A stretch of DNA of 64,000 bases from Akkermansia sp. (GTDB lineage: Bacteria > Verrucomicrobiota > Verrucomicrobiia > Verrucomicrobiales > Akkermansiaceae), in assembly GCA_022787425.1 (NCBI GenBank), contig JALFWB010000006.1, forward strand, positions 23,528 through 87,527, given 5' to 3'. The notes beneath the pieces were generated by a model, which did no database searches, had not been told where the DNA came from, and worked only from the letters and a program-made list of their open reading frames with translations. How positions within the stretch are numbered: the first letter of the stretch is position 1; each line of letters starts with the position of its first letter. The position numbers and the translations under genes were made by a program. Positions 26,474 through 34,911 of this stretch are shown one piece after another.

Positions 26474-27565
26474 GCTTTGCGCATGGCAGGTGAATGCAGA
26501 GTAGGGGGCTTCAGCCGTCAGGGAACAGCGATGATCAAGGGTGTGGCAATTCTGACGATGCTCTTTCACCATTTCTTCGGTGCGTATCATGTGGATTCCG
26601 GTATTACGCAGGCGGTGTTTGCGAATCTGGATTTCTGTGCTTTGTCTGCCTGGGCATGGGAGGCTAAGGTTTGCGTGGCTCTTTTCGCATTTGTGACAGG
26701 GTATGGTTATTATGTGACGGCGGGAAGGGATACAGGGTGTGCATGGGGATCCGGTTTTCGTCGTCTGCGCAGATTCTATCCTCTTTTCATCGCTTTCTGT
26801 TTATTACATATTTTGCTTTGCTATTGTTGCCCCTTTCAGGATGCCTTGAATGACCAGCAAGTTCCGCATTATCTGCTGACAATGGTCGGTTTGCTGTCTG
26901 CCGCTCCGGATTACTGGTACATATGTGTGGTCATACTGGGTGCCCTATTATTTTACCCTGTTCTGTTGGCGGCACGGAGATGCTGCGGGTCTATCTATCT
27001 TGTTGCCTTTATCGGGCTCTCTTTGTTGAGCATTACGTGGATCAGAGACGAGGTGTTCGTACTGATACTGAGTTGTTTTACCGCACAAGCTGAGGAGGTT
27101 TACCGCTATGTCCTTTCGCGTTCTCTTTACCTCGTTTCATTGCCTTGGATGATTTATTTTCTGGTTGGTTGGGCTGTGGCTGCGGTGAGTCTTCGTCTGT
27201 GTGTTACATCCGTTCTTCTCCTGACGGTGTCTAGTGCCGTTCTCCTTGTCAATGTGCCTCAATTTCCGTTTTGGGTGGGTAGTTTTCCCTGCATCCTCCT
27301 GACTGTGTGGGTGTTGCAGCGGGTGGATGGTCATTGGGTGGGGTGGCTGGTGTTATTGGGAAAATACTCAGCGTGCATGTGGCTGAACCATCGGTTGATA
27401 TTCGGGTATTGGTTTGCGGATTTCTTTTACGGCTTGCCCACACCGCTGAATTATCTTTTGTTGGTCGGGGTTTCTTTGGGCGTTTCCGTGGTCGTTATGT
27501 GGGTGTGGGAGGAATGGGTGATGGGTGGACGAAAAAAGCGGCGGCATGATGATGCCGCCGCGTAA
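26465..27565 (+). CDS. acyltransferase family 3 membrane protein (lower-GC copy)
   Basis: AMIKGVAILTMLFHHFFG motif and a polytopic profile. Start ambiguous (TTG 26459, ATG 26465, ATG 26483 or ATG 26531). G+C is visibly lower than in the flanks. Confidence 0.75.
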   Translation: MLYALRMAGECRVGGFSRQGTAMIKGVAILTMLFHHFFGAYHVDSGITQAVFANLDFCALSAWAWEAKVCVALFAFVTGYGYYVTAGRDTGCAWGSGFRRLRRFYPLFIAFCLLHILLCYCCPFQDALNDQQVPHYLLTMVGLLSAAPDYWYICVVILGALLFYPVLLAARRCCGSIYLVAFIGLSLLSITWIRDEVFVLILSCFTAQAEEVYRYVLSRSLYLVSLPWMIYFLVGWAVAAVSLRLCVTSVLLLTVSSAVLLVNVPQFPFWVGSFPCILLTVWVLQRVDGHWVGWLVLLGKYSACMWLNHRLIFGYWFADFFYGLPTPLNYLLLVGVSLGVSVVVMWVWEEWVMGGRKKRRHDDAAA

Positions 27566-27585
27566 GAGTTGAGGGAGAAGGGTGG

Positions 27586-28275
27586 TTACCTCTTCTTGGG
27601 GTTGAGGGGGACGCGTTTGGCGCGGAGCTCCTGGGCGAGATAGTCGTAGCAGTTCGCGCTGATGATGGTGCGGGCGAGCTCAACGGAGTGGGCATCCTTC
27701 TTCTCTGCGAATTCGAGGAGGTAAGAGTTGGCCGCCATTTGCTTCTTTTCGAGCTGCTTGTAGTAGGAATCAAAGCTCGTTTTGTTGAAGGACGCGACCA
27801 TGGCGCGGGCACCGGCGCGGGAGCAGAAGGCCATGGCCGGGCATTTGGCGGCGGCAGCGGCAAAGAAGGCTTCCTCATCGCTGATGGCCTGTTGGTACTT
27901 GGGGAGTTCCTCTTCCTTCAGGTCGGAAAGGCCGCGGTTCCAGAGCTCCTCCTCAGCCTTGAGCTTACTCTCGTTCTCCTCAAAAAAGGCGAGCATCTCC
28001 TGGCGGGCCTGCTTGAGGGCATCGGAGGTGCCATCCAAGGGGATGGACTTGAGAGCCTTGGAGTAGGTGGTCATCATCTGCTCCACGGTATAGGAGTGGT
28101 GATTTTTGAGGGCATCGGAGGCTTGCTCCATCCGAATGGCAGCGGCCTGGATGGCAAAGTTGAAGTCACCGTTGCTGAGAGTCTTCCCGGCAACTGTCAT
28201 TTCCGCCTGGCAGAACATCCCCATCATGGGGGCCAGGCAAAGGCATGCTTTTGTCAAAGAGCTGAACTGGTACAT
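27586..28275 (-). CDS. hypothetical secreted alpha-helical protein
   Basis: 229 aa with a signal-peptide-like N-terminus (LTKACLCLAPMMGMFCQAE). No recognisable motif. A TTGACA-18-TACAAT promoter lies 62 nt upstream. Confidence 0.5.
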   Translation of the reverse strand: MYQFSSLTKACLCLAPMMGMFCQAEMTVAGKTLSNGDFNFAIQAAAIRMEQASDALKNHHSYTVEQMMTTYSKALKSIPLDGTSDALKQARQEMLAFFEENESKLKAEEELWNRGLSDLKEEELPKYQQAISDEEAFFAAAAAKCPAMAFCSRAGARAMVASFNKTSFDSYYKQLEKKQMAANSYLLEFAEKKDAHSVELARTIISANCYDYLAQELRAKRVPLNPKKR

Positions 28276-28337
28276 GGTCGGTCTTGTGCTTTTGGTGCTG
28301 CGGCAGTGTGCGAACGCCGCCGTGCTTCACTGTGCGT

Positions 28338-28367
28338 ATTGTACCCTGTTCGGCCCCGCTCTGTCAA
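28338..28367 (-). promoter_or_regulatory. promoter of hypothetical gene 27586-28275: TTGACA-18-TACAAT, 62-nt leader
   Basis: -35 at 28367-28362, -10 at 28343-28338. Confidence 0.5.
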
Positions 28368-28442
28368 TTGAAAAATGGCATTTCCCCGCATTTTTTTACG
28401 GAAAGAGTAGGGGGAGCATATGCGTCAGCGGTGAGATTAGAC

Positions 28443-28471
28443 TTGCCAAGGGTAGGGGGGTGCGGTACAAT
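28443..28471 (+). promoter_or_regulatory. promoter of the sufT-like gene: TTGCCA-17-TACAAT, ATG 20 nt downstream
   Basis: -35 at 28443-28448, -10 at 28466-28471, ATG at 28492. Confidence 0.6.
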
Positions 28472-28491
28472 GAGCGCAGAAAAGACAGACT

Positions 28492-29031
28492 ATGCTGAAC
28501 CAAGAGGTAATTACAACGGCCGAGGCCGCAGCCATTCAGATACCGGCCGGGAATGCGGTGATACTGCCTGCGGGCTCACGAGTGTATGTGACGCAGAAGC
28601 TGGGCAACTCGGTTACGGCGGCATCGGACTTGGGCTTGGTGCGCATTACCCGCGAGGAGGCGGCTCGCGCCGGGATTGTGCCGGAAGAAGAAGCGTCGGT
28701 AGAGAACGATGAACATTTGAGTTTGGAAGAGCGTGTGTGGAAGGTGTTGGGGGGTATCTATGATCCGGAGATACCGGTAGACATCGTGAATTTAGGCTTG
28801 GTCTACAGCGTAGAGGTGGTGCCGCAGGCGAACGGCGAGAACGTGGTGAACGTGCAGATGACGCTGACGGCACCGGGATGCGGCATGGGCCCCCATCTGA
28901 TGGCGGAGGCAGAGGCGAATATCGCTGCTCTGCCCGGAGTGGAGGAAGTGAACGTGGAGTTTGTGTGGGATCCGCCGTGGCGGCAGGAGATGATGACGGA
29001 GGAAGCGCGGATGCAACTGGGGCTGATTTGA
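28492..29031 (+). CDS. sufT: SufT-like Fe-S assembly protein (DUF59/MIP18 domain)
   Basis: 179 aa. C-terminal VWKVLGGIYDPEIPVDIVNLGLVY...MTLTAPGCGMG is the DUF59 signature, and the N-terminal beta domain is as in SufT. Promoter TTGCCA-17-TACAAT at 28443-28471. Confidence 0.8.
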   Translation: MLNQEVITTAEAAAIQIPAGNAVILPAGSRVYVTQKLGNSVTAASDLGLVRITREEAARAGIVPEEEASVENDEHLSLEERVWKVLGGIYDPEIPVDIVNLGLVYSVEVVPQANGENVVNVQMTLTAPGCGMGPHLMAEAEANIAALPGVEEVNVEFVWDPPWRQEMMTEEARMQLGLI

Positions 29032-29032
29032 G

Positions 29033-29509
29033 ATGAGCAGGTACACTTTTTCGCTGGACGAGGAGGAGATGCGCGACCTAGCGGAGATGGGTGCGATGGT
29101 ACTCTCTGCGCTGGGGCGGGCCATGCCGGATTTGCGGAATCCGCGGGCTGTTGCATGGCAGCAGCTCTGCGTACGCCTGATGGAGAAGGCGCGTAGTGTG
29201 CCCACTCTGCAACGCGATATGGAGATGAATCCGGACTGCGGCCACTGGTTCTTCAAGCGCGCGTATTTGGAAGAGTCATTTTGCGCGGAGCTACTGGACG
29301 AGCTGAGCGATCACTCTTTTTGGGAAGAACTGGTGACTCGCATGGCCGAGCAGAGCCTGCGCGATCATGTGGGCGAGACCGGGCCGGAGCAGATGGACGC
29401 CGAGGAGCGAGAGAGGCTGCTCTCCTCCATGGAAACGGCTCTGTGGAATGAGGTCCGCAAGCGCGGAATTGATCGCCTGGCCTTTCTGCTGCCGCCGGAA
29501 GAGTGCTGA
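29033..29509 (+). CDS. hypothetical acidic cytoplasmic protein
   Basis: 158 aa. The ATG is 1 nt after the sufT-like stop. No recognisable motif. Confidence 0.5.
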   Translation: MSRYTFSLDEEEMRDLAEMGAMVLSALGRAMPDLRNPRAVAWQQLCVRLMEKARSVPTLQRDMEMNPDCGHWFFKRAYLEESFCAELLDELSDHSFWEELVTRMAEQSLRDHVGETGPEQMDAEERERLLSSMETALWNEVRKRGIDRLAFLLPPEEC

Positions 29510-29521
29510 GCAGCGAGCCCG

Positions 29522-30571
29522 TCAGGCTCGGGGGCAGGGCTGCTGCTGAGTGATGCAGTGGATGGCTCCGCCCTCTAACACCAAGCGGCGGGCATCCAGC
29601 CCGATGACTTTCTTGCCGGGGAAGCACTCCCGGATGATGCCTAGCGCACGGTCATCCTCGCGGGGCTGCATGAAAACAGGCACAATGACTGCCCCATTGC
29701 AGATGAGAAAATTCGCATAGCTGGCGGGCAACTGCTCCAGCCGCCAATCTTTTGCCACGAGCGGCTGAGGCATGGGCAGGGGGATGACCTCCACGCGGTG
29801 CCCATCCGCAGTGCGCAGGTCCTGCAAACGCTCGTTATTTTCCGCCAAATTGCGATAATGCGGGGAGTGCGGGTCCGGCTCCGTGATAGAGAGGACGGCA
29901 TCTTCTGCCACAAAGCGCACCATATCATCGATGTGTCCGTCTGTGTCATCGCCCTCAATGCCCTTACCGAGCCAGAAGACGGAACTTGTGCCGAGCATGC
30001 GGTGCAGCTCAGCTTCCAGCTCCTGCTTGGTGGTACCCGGGTTGCGGTTGGGATTGAGCAGCACCGCCTCCGTGGTGAGGAGTAGTCCTGCGCCGTTGCC
30101 CTCAATAGCCCCGCCCTCCAGAAAATAGGAGCTGCTGAGGCGCGGCAGCTCCAGGGAAGCCGCGATGTGCTCCGGCACAGCGTTATCCTTGTCCCACGGC
30201 TCGAATTTGCCCCCCCAAGCGTTGAACTCCCAGTCCGCCACCTGCATGCCGCCGTTGCGGCGTTGCACAAAGATCGGTCCGTGATCCCGGCACCAAACAT
30301 CGTCCGTCGGGTGGTCAAACAGGCGGAAACGTCGCACCCCGCCGCGGCGCAGGAGTGCCTCGATCCCCGGATGCAGCGTCGAGGCTGCATTGATGCGCAC
30401 CTCCGCCTGTTCCGCGATCGCGGCACAGAGGGCTGTGTAACGCTCCGTAAGCTCGCTCAGCCCCCCCTGCCACAGATCCTCCCGGTGTGGCCAGGAAATC
30501 CAAACTGCCTCCTGCGGCTCCCATTCGGCGGGCCAGCGCAGGTCATTTCCGCTGAGTGGTGTAGGTGTCAT
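29522..30571 (-). CDS. aguA: agmatine deiminase
   Basis: WPAEWEPQEAVWISWPH N-terminal motif and C-terminal catalytic GGAIHCITQQQP. 349 aa. Confidence 0.9.
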   Translation of the reverse strand: MTPTPLSGNDLRWPAEWEPQEAVWISWPHREDLWQGGLSELTERYTALCAAIAEQAEVRINAASTLHPGIEALLRRGGVRRFRLFDHPTDDVWCRDHGPIFVQRRNGGMQVADWEFNAWGGKFEPWDKDNAVPEHIAASLELPRLSSSYFLEGGAIEGNGAGLLLTTEAVLLNPNRNPGTTKQELEAELHRMLGTSSVFWLGKGIEGDDTDGHIDDMVRFVAEDAVLSITEPDPHSPHYRNLAENNERLQDLRTADGHRVEVIPLPMPQPLVAKDWRLEQLPASYANFLICNGAVIVPVFMQPREDDRALGIIRECFPGKKVIGLDARRLVLEGGAIHCITQQQPCPRA

Positions 30572-30579
30572 GTTTACTT

Positions 30580-30963
30580 TTATTTAAGTCTGTCCAGAAA
30601 GAGCTTCGTGAGGATCGTGTGTACATCCCCCAGATCCTCAAAGTCGCTCTTAGCATCATCCCTTCGGCTGCCGAAGAGTCCCATGTCGATGAGATTGTAG
30701 ACCATCTCTCCCACATTTCGGGAGGAGAAAATGCCCCAGCGGTTCAAGACCTCCTCCGACAGGGGACCGAATTGATAATTGGCATAGGCGCAGACGCCGA
30801 GGAAGAGCTGACCGGCGGTCAGGTTGTCATCGTCCTTCTCATCCTTCAGATTTTTAAGAGTGTGGTCGAAGGCATCACGCAGGAAGAAGTAAGCATCCTG
30901 ACTGTATCGGTCCGGGTGGCGCTTGCAGAGCTCCTCCACGGCTTCCTCAAAAGAACGCTGCAT
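30580..30963 (-). CDS. small conserved hypothetical protein (possibly Minf_1886/TIGR04138-like, PVC-restricted)
   Basis: 127 aa. YSQDAYFFLRDAFDHT...GQLFLGVCAYANYQFG resembles, from memory, the Planctomycetes/Verrucomicrobia-restricted family. Not verifiable here. Confidence 0.5.
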   Translation of the reverse strand: MQRSFEEAVEELCKRHPDRYSQDAYFFLRDAFDHTLKNLKDEKDDDNLTAGQLFLGVCAYANYQFGPLSEEVLNRWGIFSSRNVGEMVYNLIDMGLFGSRRDDAKSDFEDLGDVHTILTKLFLDRLK

Positions 30964-30965
30964 GG

Positions 30966-32342
30966 TTATTCAGCTTTGAGGATGACAGAACACTCCTCGC
31001 CTCGGGCGTTATCCTGAACAGCGGTGGTGATGATTTTGCGGAGCTTCTCGTTCTTCTCCGCCCCCGGGAAGAGGGGGTACATCTCCGCCAAGCGCTCCTC
31101 CTCCGTCAGGGCTGCGTAGTCTGCTGCCGTGCGCCCGGTGGCGTCCTTAGCTGACTTGTCCGCCCCCAGCGAGAGGAGCAGACGGCACATCCCGGGGTCT
31201 GCGGCCAAGGCTGCAATGATCAGGGGTGTGCGTCCCTTGGCATTGGCGCGGTTCACATCGGCTCCGGCCTTCACGAGCAAGGAAACGGCCTCCTCGGCAT
31301 TGATGAGTGCGGGCACGCGGCCGTTGGCCGAGCGGGAAGCCATGGCATCGTCCAGATCGGTCGTGATATTGGTACCCACGGCCGCGTTGGTGAGCGGTGT
31401 GTCCCCGCCGTCATCCGTGGCGTTGGCATCCGCACCCGCCTTGAGGAGCAGGTCGATGACCGCCGGGCAGGCCACACTGGCCGCACCCTGCAGCGGTGTG
31501 CCGCCGTAGAGCTGCTTCTTGTTCACATCTGCCCCCGCTTTGATGAGTTTCTCCACTGTGGCGGCATCCCGCACCTGGGCAGCACGCATGAGGGGGGAGA
31601 TGGGATCCCCCAAGTCCGGGTTTGCCCCATTGGCCAAGAGCATGTCCACGGCCTCCGCATTATTCTTGGAAATGGCAACCAAGAGGGGCGTGACGAGGAA
31701 AGGCCCGTTCTTAGCGGAAGCGTTGGGGTCCGCCTTGTGCTCCAGGAGCATCTGCATAGCAGCGTTGGCCGCATTGCGATCCGGCAGGGAAAGGGTAACC
31801 ATGATGGGGCGCATGCCGTTCTTATCCTCCACATTGGGATCCACCTTCATGGCCAGCAGCATCTGCATGGCATCCAGGTTGCCGCGCACGGTAGCCACCA
31901 TCAGCGGGGGATAGCCCAGCTTGTCCTGTGCATTCAGGTTGACCCCCTGCTCCTGCAGCAGCATCAGGAGATCCGGCTGATTGGCTGCTGCGGCCAATCC
32001 GGCCAGGGACTGCCCGTTAGGCATCACACAGGTCAGATCCGCCTTGCGTTCAATGAGCAGATTCGCCGCCTCCACGTTGGCCGTAAAGAAGGCTGCCTGA
32101 ATCAGGCGAATACCATCGCCGAGTACGGTGTTCACATCCAACCCGTCATCCAGGAGCTTGCGCAGGGCATCAACGTTTCCCTCATTAAGAGCCTCCAAGG
32201 CCTTTTGCTCCGGCGATGTTGCTGCCGGGGCCTGCTGTTCGGTCGGGGCCGCAGCCGGCTTTGCCTCGGGCGCGGACTCTGCGGCGCAAAGAGATAAACT
32301 GAGGGCCAATGCAGGAACGGAGGATGCGATAAAGTGCTTCAT
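30966..32342 (-). CDS. secreted ankyrin-repeat protein
   Basis: Signal peptide MKHFIASSVPALALSLSLCAAES. More than 10 repeats of the G.TPL..A......VV.LLL..GADVN type. ATG 32342 lies 6 nt after TAAAGT of a TTGCAT-17-TAAAGT promoter. Confidence 0.85.
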   Translation of the reverse strand: MKHFIASSVPALALSLSLCAAESAPEAKPAAAPTEQQAPAATSPEQKALEALNEGNVDALRKLLDDGLDVNTVLGDGIRLIQAAFFTANVEAANLLIERKADLTCVMPNGQSLAGLAAAANQPDLLMLLQEQGVNLNAQDKLGYPPLMVATVRGNLDAMQMLLAMKVDPNVEDKNGMRPIMVTLSLPDRNAANAAMQMLLEHKADPNASAKNGPFLVTPLLVAISKNNAEAVDMLLANGANPDLGDPISPLMRAAQVRDAATVEKLIKAGADVNKKQLYGGTPLQGAASVACPAVIDLLLKAGADANATDDGGDTPLTNAAVGTNITTDLDDAMASRSANGRVPALINAEEAVSLLVKAGADVNRANAKGRTPLIIAALAADPGMCRLLLSLGADKSAKDATGRTAADYAALTEEERLAEMYPLFPGAEKNEKLRKIITTAVQDNARGEECSVILKAE

Positions 32343-32348
32343 GCCCGC

Positions 32349-32377
32349 ACTTTAGCACCTGCGCCGCAGGAATGCAA
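32349..32377 (-). promoter_or_regulatory. promoter of the ankyrin/Minf_1886-like/aguA operon: TTGCAT-17-TAAAGT (TGc), ATG 6 nt downstream
   Basis: -35 at 32377-32372, -10 at 32354-32349, ATG at 32342. Confidence 0.6.
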
Positions 32378-32392
32378 CCCCAAAACGTGACA

Positions 32393-33112
32393 TCATGCCC
32401 AGAGCACCGTCACCTCTGCCCGGGTGACGCCGCCGGAGGAAATGATGTGGCTTGTGGCCTGCCCCGCGATATGGTGGGCGATGCTGACCTGCTCCCCGAG
32501 CATCGTCTCCTTGCGGAAACGCAGGGAGACCCGTGTGGGGATGCCGCTCGGCCGCAGGGATTCCGGCAGGGTATCCAGCACCCAGATGAGGTACGAGGCG
32601 TTGTTGACATGACCGTTGAAGTCAATTTCGCGCTGCGTTACGGACAACGAAGCCGTCGCCGCCGGCGCACTCGGGAACTCCGGCAACTCCGCCGGGGCCA
32701 CATAGGGGGTGCGCATCTCCGCTATGGAGGCGATAAGACGCCGGGGCGGCACCAAACGCCGCGTTTTGAGATCCGCCAGCACCCACTGCAGGTCCGCCTT
32801 GGCCAGCACTTCTCCCTGCTCATTCGTCATCTCCACGAAACGCCGTGCTGCCACCGAGCCGGACATGCCGGTGTTGGTGCGCAGCGTCACGACCTCCTTC
32901 CACCTAGGCAGGCGGATGAACTCCATCTCGGCGCGGGTTTCTGCCCAAAAGACATGGTTCTCCATGGCCCACTCGTAGCCGAAATTGTGTTGAGAAGCAT
33001 GCTGCTCCGCAATTTCCTGGCAGAGCAGGGGCAGGGTTTCCGGCTTCATCAGCGAGTTCGCCCCGCATTCGTAGCTCGTGATGGTGTGTGTGACGGTAAG
33101 ATCTTCAATCAT
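32393..33112 (-). CDS. acyl-ACP thioesterase
   Basis: 239 aa double hot-dog pattern. VTHTITSYECGANSLMKP...FWAETRAEMEF and REIDFNGHVNNASYLIWVLD match the FatA/FatB-type family. Confidence 0.85.
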   Translation of the reverse strand: MIEDLTVTHTITSYECGANSLMKPETLPLLCQEIAEQHASQHNFGYEWAMENHVFWAETRAEMEFIRLPRWKEVVTLRTNTGMSGSVAARRFVEMTNEQGEVLAKADLQWVLADLKTRRLVPPRRLIASIAEMRTPYVAPAELPEFPSAPAATASLSVTQREIDFNGHVNNASYLIWVLDTLPESLRPSGIPTRVSLRFRKETMLGEQVSIAHHIAGQATSHIISSGGVTRAEVTVLWA

Positions 33113-33127
33113 GGTGCTTGCTTCCCC

Positions 33128-33156
33128 AGTTTAGCACAGGGCGGTGGCGGTGTCAA
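33128..33156 (-). promoter_or_regulatory. promoter of the thioesterase gene: TTGACA-17-TAAACT (TGc), ATG 15 nt downstream
   Basis: -35 at 33156-33151, -10 at 33133-33128, ATG at 33112. Confidence 0.6.
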
Positions 33157-33157
33157 G

Positions 33158-33850
33158 CTACTGATCCGCATCCCGGTTGGGGTAGGGGGCATCATTCAGC
33201 TGCGTGTACTGCCAACCCGGGAGCAGGTGCTTCCAGTGTTCGGCGTGGGGGCTATCGGCCTCGGCCTTCATGCGCGCAGGGGTCATGCGGAAAGGGTAGA
33301 CCTGCACGGGAACGGCAGGTTGCCCGGCCTTCAGGGCGGCCTCAACCATGCCGTAGATTTCCGCGATTCCCTCGTCCGTCATGGCAAAACAACCGATGGA
33401 GACATCGCTGCCGTGCACCATGATATAGCTACCCGTGCGCTGCAGGCTGCGGTCGTAAGCATTCGGGTAGCCGATGTTGAAGGAAAGGTAATAGTTGCTG
33501 TTGGGATTCAGCCCCTTCAGTCGAACGGCGTAAAAACCCTCCGGAGCCTGGCAGTCGCCCTCCCTCGTTTTGGGGCCTAGTGTACCGCTCATGGCCGCGA
33601 TGGGGTATTCCTTGAGGAGTCGCCAGGTGCCCCCCATTTGCCCCCACAGCTCCATCAGCTCATCCTCCTTGATGATGCGCAGGAAGACAGGCTTGCCGTA
33701 GTATTCACCGAAAGTGTCGCTGGCGGCTTGACGGGCGCCTTGCTGCTTTTGCGCCGGGGTGGGTGGAATCCCTCCGACACTAGTGTGTACACCGGTCATG
33801 AGAATGAAGGCGAGAATGAAGGCGAGAAGGAGGGAGAGAAGGCGAAGCAT
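33158..33850 (-). CDS. L,D-transpeptidase family protein (YafK-like)
   Basis: N-terminal TM/signal segment. Catalytic block IMVHGSDVSIGCFAM (His...Cys of the YkuD fold). GPKTREGDCQAPEGFY is typical of YafK-type proteins. ATG 33850 overlaps the upstream stop (TGATG); the track start at 33853 is a TTG. Confidence 0.8.
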   Translation of the reverse strand: MLRLLSLLLAFILAFILMTGVHTSVGGIPPTPAQKQQGARQAASDTFGEYYGKPVFLRIIKEDELMELWGQMGGTWRLLKEYPIAAMSGTLGPKTREGDCQAPEGFYAVRLKGLNPNSNYYLSFNIGYPNAYDRSLQRTGSYIMVHGSDVSIGCFAMTDEGIAEIYGMVEAALKAGQPAVPVQVYPFRMTPARMKAEADSPHAEHWKHLLPGWQYTQLNDAPYPNRDADQ

Positions 33851-34911
33851 CAAAGAGCAGGAGGTTCGTTTTTCTTATCGGACTCGGCGGCAGACTCTGC
33901 CGGGATTTCTGCCGCCACCTCAGTCTCCTCTGTCGGTGTTTCAGCGGGGGCCTCCTCCACCGGAGTTTCTACGGGAGACTCTTCCGCCGGAGTTTCAACG
34001 GGGGCGGGAGCAGGTGTCTCGCTTGCTTCCTCTGCCGGTTCCTCCGCAGGGGCGGCAGCTGCGGCAGTGGCCGCCGGGACGGTGGGCTTGAGCTTCAGCT
34101 TACGCGCCGGGGCGAGCGTGGGTTTGAGCCCCGCCGGTTTGGCTGCGGCAGGCTTGGCAGCCGGTGTCGCGGCTGCGGTGGCGACCGGAGTCTCCATCGG
34201 GGGTGTCGTAGTTGCCTGCGGGGCATCGGTCTCATCCGCAGCACGCACCTCGCGTCGCTTGGAGGCCGGCATGGCTGCCTCGTAGAAGGACATCAGCTCG
34301 CAGAACAGCAGCAGCGTACAGCCCGGCAGCAGGGCGCAGAGCCAGGGGCAAGCCTGCACGGTGTTCATGGCCGCAGCCAAAGGCGGCTCCGGCATACCGG
34401 CCCACTGCGCTGCCAGCCACTCGCAGCCCCACACGGCGGGAATCCACAGTGCTATGGATATTAGCGTGCAGATGAGCAGACGCGTGCTCCGCCGTGCAAA
34501 GAGATAAGCCATCACTGTGAACAGCGGAAGGTAACACAGCCCGAGTACGCTCCACCCGCGCACGGACGCCGACAGGGCCTTCGCCGTATCTGCAATGGAA
34601 TTCGGCAGGTAATCCTGCCAATTCGGCAAGAATGCCGCCCCCATGGCTATCGTGCCTACAATCAACACCGGCAGCACAAAGTTCCAAGCCGCGTGCACCA
34701 GTCGATCCGCTGCCAAGACAAGCCCGACACCGATAATCACCCAAGCCCAGATGTGGGCATTGAGCAGATGCAGCAGGCGGATAGGCTCCTCTGCATAGGA
34801 GAGTAGATCCTGCGGCGTGCAGCAGAAGCGGTGCTGCACCAAGGCGGTACCCACAATGATGAGCAGGGAGAATAACAGCCAAATGAGGAGTTGAATAATT
34901 CTGTTGTTCAT
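33850..34911 (-). CDS. polytopic membrane protein with Pro/Ala/Glu/Thr-rich C-terminal tail
   Basis: 353 aa, about 6-7 TM helices, then about 120 aa of low complexity (PAEEPAEEASETPAPAPVETPAEESPVETPVEEAPAETPTEE). ATGA overlap with the upstream gene. Confidence 0.6.
   Translation of the reverse strand: MNNRIIQLLIWLLFSLLIIVGTALVQHRFCCTPQDLLSYAEEPIRLLHLLNAHIWAWVIIGVGLVLAADRLVHAAWNFVLPVLIVGTIAMGAAFLPNWQDYLPNSIADTAKALSASVRGWSVLGLCYLPLFTVMAYLFARRSTRLLICTLISIALWIPAVWGCEWLAAQWAGMPEPPLAAAMNTVQACPWLCALLPGCTLLLFCELMSFYEAAMPASKRREVRAADETDAPQATTTPPMETPVATAAATPAAKPAAAKPAGLKPTLAPARKLKLKPTVPAATAAAAAPAEEPAEEASETPAPAPVETPAEESPVETPVEEAPAETPTEETEVAAEIPAESAAESDKKNEPPAL

Noticed and set aside
28168-28330. Possible 54-codon leaderless GTG ORF, 7 nt after the TACAAT box upstream of gene 27586-28275
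   Set aside because: It is out of frame with the signal-peptide-bearing main ORF and overlaps it. The translation (VKHGGVRTLPQHQKHK...) has no protein-like features. It is more likely a coincidence within a 62-nt leader.
33638-34285. Gly/Ala/Ser-rich 215-aa ORF. ORFs 40271-40894 and 40537-41343 fall in the same class.
   Set aside because: These are alternative frames or strands of the Pro/Ala/Glu-rich low-complexity coding regions of genes 33850-34911 and 40530-42224. Their openness is a by-product of the repeat composition.
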